DNA of 64,000 nucleotides from Hamiltosporidium tvaerminnensis FI-OER-3-3 (Eukaryota; Fungi; Microsporidia): NCBI GenBank assembly GCA_022605425.2, contig CM061253.1, positions 760,918 to 824,917 of the forward strand, read 5' to 3'. Shown piece by piece: positions 60,500 to 64,000 of this stretch (position 1 is its first letter; each line of letters starts with the position of its first letter). The notes under the pieces were generated by a model. It saw only the letters and a program-made list of their open reading frames with translations, ran no database searches and was not told where the DNA came from. The position numbers and the translations under genes were made by a program.

Positions 60500-63400
60500 A
60501 AACATCTGCTCTTGTTCAAAAATTTTTTATAATCATTTGAATTTTTGATTACTTCCAAATAATGTATGAGATGATTTTATTCTCATTTAAGCTTTGTGCG
60601 GTTCTATTTACATATTGGGGAATTGCCAATAAATTATCAATTTGAAAAACCGTTTACATTTCGTCTAAAATAATAATTATGGTTAAATTATTCGATCATC
60701 ACCTAAGACAATATTTTTATAATAAACTTCAAATATTTTTCTTTGATCTCTAGTCGGATTAAACTTTATGAAATCTTGGGGTAAAAAAATTTGTATAAAA
60801 CATCTATATATTTATTTAATTCCCAGTTAAGCAAATTTTTTGATATGTTTTCGCATTTTTAACCGCTTTTTCACTCTGTTTTATATTTAGCTCAATAATA
60901 ATGATTTACTCAACTCTTCTTTTTAACTTGTATTGTAAAAAATCATAAGTCCGATATTTGCCTTAATGTTAGCTTTATACTTTTTTCTCTCTTGTAATAT
61001 ATTCTGTATTCGGAAACTGACAACAGAATTCCTTTGAAACAGATATGCTATTATGTGATACATTTTCCAGACTCTAATACGCATTTATTATCGCCCGATT
61101 CTCTCACAGATAAAAACGATAACATTAGACCTTTTTTAAGTAAATAAACGCCATATTCACCTATTATATGAGCATAAGTGTCTGGTAAAATTAATCCTAT
61201 GTTATTCTGCGCCAATATCAGCTCAGTTATCTCATGGAATATAATATTATACAAAACCATAAACAAGACTCATTAGTTTGCCAAAAACACATCACATTTT
61301 TTCATTTCCACAATTAGCAGAAGCAGCAAAAAAGAAATGTACCCTAAAAAATTCGACTCATATTATATTTCTTCTCTAGATTTATGTCTTCAGTCAAAGA
61401 TTAGAAAATCATCATAATTCAAAAAATTCAATTCTTATCTTTAGAAGATTTTAAAATGAAACGATGAATTTTAAATAGCAAATAGTTTTTAAACAACAAC
61501 AAAGATGAAAAAGTTTTTATAAATATTGCTTCACTTAAATTTGATATATCAAAATCAAATTTAATTATTTTAATTTAATAACATCCTAACGTGGTGTGTA
61601 AAGATCATATTTCTGCTCATTTACAATGAAAATTTCCAGTTTAAATCATTTAGCTAAATATAAATTCACCGCTGCCACATTTGTTTCTGTTTCATCGTAA
61701 ATTTTTAACATAACCAAAGTATCCTTAATAACACCTTCAATCAAATTATAATATATTTGAAGAAGATTTTTTTGCGTATGAATCAGTATTAAAGAACTAA
61801 TTTTTAATTTAGAAATATACCTAAGATCATCTTCGCTTAAAGAACAATATTCAATATGGACAGATCCAATAATTCTATCAGGAGATATAAGACCAAAAAT
61901 TAACGTGAATTTTGAATCAAACGACACTTTATAAAATACTAAATTTACTAATTTGGGCATCTTACAAAAAATATCATATTCTTCTATATCAAAAGTATAA
62001 TTCCCTATTTTTAATGTCTGGATAGTTTCAATAAGTTTACTCCTATAAAGTTCTATCAATGACTTTTTCGGAATACTTAAAAACCTAAGGTCTAAAGTTT
62101 TAAGTTTATTTAAAGTTAAAAGTAAATCGAAGATAAATCCGTTTTGTTAATTTGAATGTATACAAATTCCCTCGATACGATTTAAAACATTCGATTGTAT
62201 CAATCCGAAAAAAAAATATTGCAAACTCCAATAAAAACTAGCGTTTAAATATTCTAACCTCCTAGAAAATTTTAGATTCTTAAAAAAACAAGAAGTAAGA
62301 GATTCTTCCACATTAGGAATATTCAAATGCTTTATTTTTTTTAAAAAGGTATCTCTTTGATTTGGAACAGGCATTTCAGAAAAATATTTTGCGTTCACAA
62401 TTGAGATTATTTCCAAACAAGAAAATTCCCACAATAATCTAAGAAAGGAAAGAAAATATTGGCAGTCTAAAACATAAAATTCTTACATTTTTTAAATATG
62501 GAATATTTAAATCTCTCTTTGAACACTATATTTAAAAATACGCAGTTATCAAAAAGAAGGGTCACTATATTCGAATTCAAAACTGATTCTAAATTCTCCG
62601 AAGTAATCTCCATGTTATGCAGTCTTAATTCTTGTAAAAATTTTGGAATTTGAATAAAAGCAAACGGCATATGTTTTTCGAAACGGTTATACGCTATGAA
62701 TAGCTGTTTTAAGCTCTTAAATTTATTTAAATCGTTGCAGATTTCAGAATCTGTAGAAATTATATCTATCGAAATGCTTTGCAAAGAATTTTTATAAATG
62801 CTACCATCGATGAAAGAAAAAAATTGTTTCATTGTATTACAACAGTCTATAATTCTTGGTTGATCATCCTTCAAAATTCGTAGCAAGCTTATATTAGATC
62901 AATAGTTCTTTAAAATACACTTATAATTTCGAAATAATCTAAGAGAATTTATATTATTTATCGAAAATAATAGATCAAATAGATTTCTAAGATATTGGTT
63001 ATTCAAACCAGACATTATAGAATTCATAACATGTGCATCAAGACTTAAATGATACGATTCAAAATAATTTATATTTGATTTTCTATGAGTGTGAATTTCA
63101 ACACCGTTTGTGTAAAGTAAGATGTAATTTTTTCTGGAAAGCGCCTGAAGACTTAATTTTTCAAACAGACGCAATAAAAGATGCAAGCAAAATTCTTTAG
63201 TAAAAAGCGATCTAAATATTCTAGCCAGATTTTCAATTTCATCTCTATTGAGACTATTCGTTATACCATCTTTTAGCAAAGAGAAAACAACCTATGAATA
63301 ATCGGTATCCTTTTTTGGGATAAAAAAATCAAATAAACCCAAAATAGCTATAAATTCAGTCATGTTGAGTATTCTTTCGCGTTTCATAAATTTGAAGCCC

Positions 63401-63664
63401 GTAATTGAATTCAAAAAGACAAGAAACAATTCCATTGAAATAATTTCCTCTAAATAGATCGGATTTCTGCTGTAATTATTGTTATTGAAATATTTATCAA
63501 GAAAATCAAAATATACTTTGAAGTTGTTATGATATTTTATGCAAAGTTGAATAATTATCAGTTCATATTTCGAAATTTTCATTTTCTTAGATTTTTTCGA
63601 ACTCGAAAAACGAATACATTTATATTTGACAAATTCATCGGCGTTGATGATTCTGATTTTATAT
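60500..63664 (-). pseudogene. Large leucine-rich-repeat-type gene, fragmented by stops/frameshifts and truncated by the telomere
   Basis: Six consecutive same-strand ORF pieces with LxxLxL patterns (FKSLKQLFI, FLQELRLHNM, IKHLNI, LEYLNAS, ITELILAQNNI). Confidence 0.75.
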
Positions 63665-64000
63665 TTAGGGTTAGGGTTAGGGTTAGGGTTAGGGTTAGGG
63701 TTAGGGTTAGGGTTAGGGGTTAGGGTTAGGGTTAGGGTTAGGGTTAGGGTTAGGGTTAGGGTTAGGGTTAGGGTTAGGGTTAGGGTTAGGGTTAGGGTTA
63801 GGGTTAGGGTTAGGGTTAGGGTTAGGGTTAGGGTTAGGGTTAGGGTTAGGGTTAGGGTTAGGGTTAGGGTTAGGGTTAGGGTTAGGGTTAGGGTTAGGGT
63901 TAGGGTTAGGGTTAGGGTTAGGGTTAGGGTTAGGGTTAGGGTTAGGGTTAGGGTTAGGGTTAGGGTTAGGGTTAGGGTTAGGGTTAGGGTTAGGGTTAGG
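63665..64000 (+). repeat. Telomere (TTAGGG)n
   Basis: Uninterrupted TTAGGG array to the window end, with one TTAGGGG variant near 63713; G-rich strand runs toward the end. Confidence 0.99.

Noticed and set aside
63529-63723. ORF ending in RVRVRV
   Set aside because: Translation of the telomeric repeat

Overview
The window is the terminal 64 kb of a chromosome arm from a very AT-rich, gene-sparse eukaryote, ending in a (TTAGGG)n telomere. Intronless reduced genes, CCC motifs just before ATGs and LRR-type multigene remnants point to a large-genome microsporidian (Hamiltosporidium-like; inference). A housekeeping island at about 1-17 kb encodes primase small subunit, an aldo-keto reductase, a cyclin, the MTR4 helicase and a secreted spore-wall-type protein. 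This island shows a saw-tooth GC skew: repeated sharp G-rich to C-rich switches, filled with telomere-like minisatellites that also sit inside the MTR4 coding sequence. The remaining, repeat-rich region holds four tandem paralogs of a signal-peptide-bearing non-RD protein kinase with a Cys-rich C-terminal domain, one of them a pseudokinase. It also holds a type I asparaginase, SEC11, two tiny secreted peptide genes (one His-rich, missing from the ORF track), and decayed RLE non-LTR retrotransposons and Ginger-like integrases. Other notable items are a twister-ribozyme-like motif and an LRR-type gene cut directly by the telomere. Eight copies of an unrecognised, formerly protein-coding, Trp-rich ~700-bp element are scattered across the whole window, with Trp codons repeatedly converted to stops. 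All alignments and translations beyond the ORF track were done by eye, and repeat boundaries are approximate.
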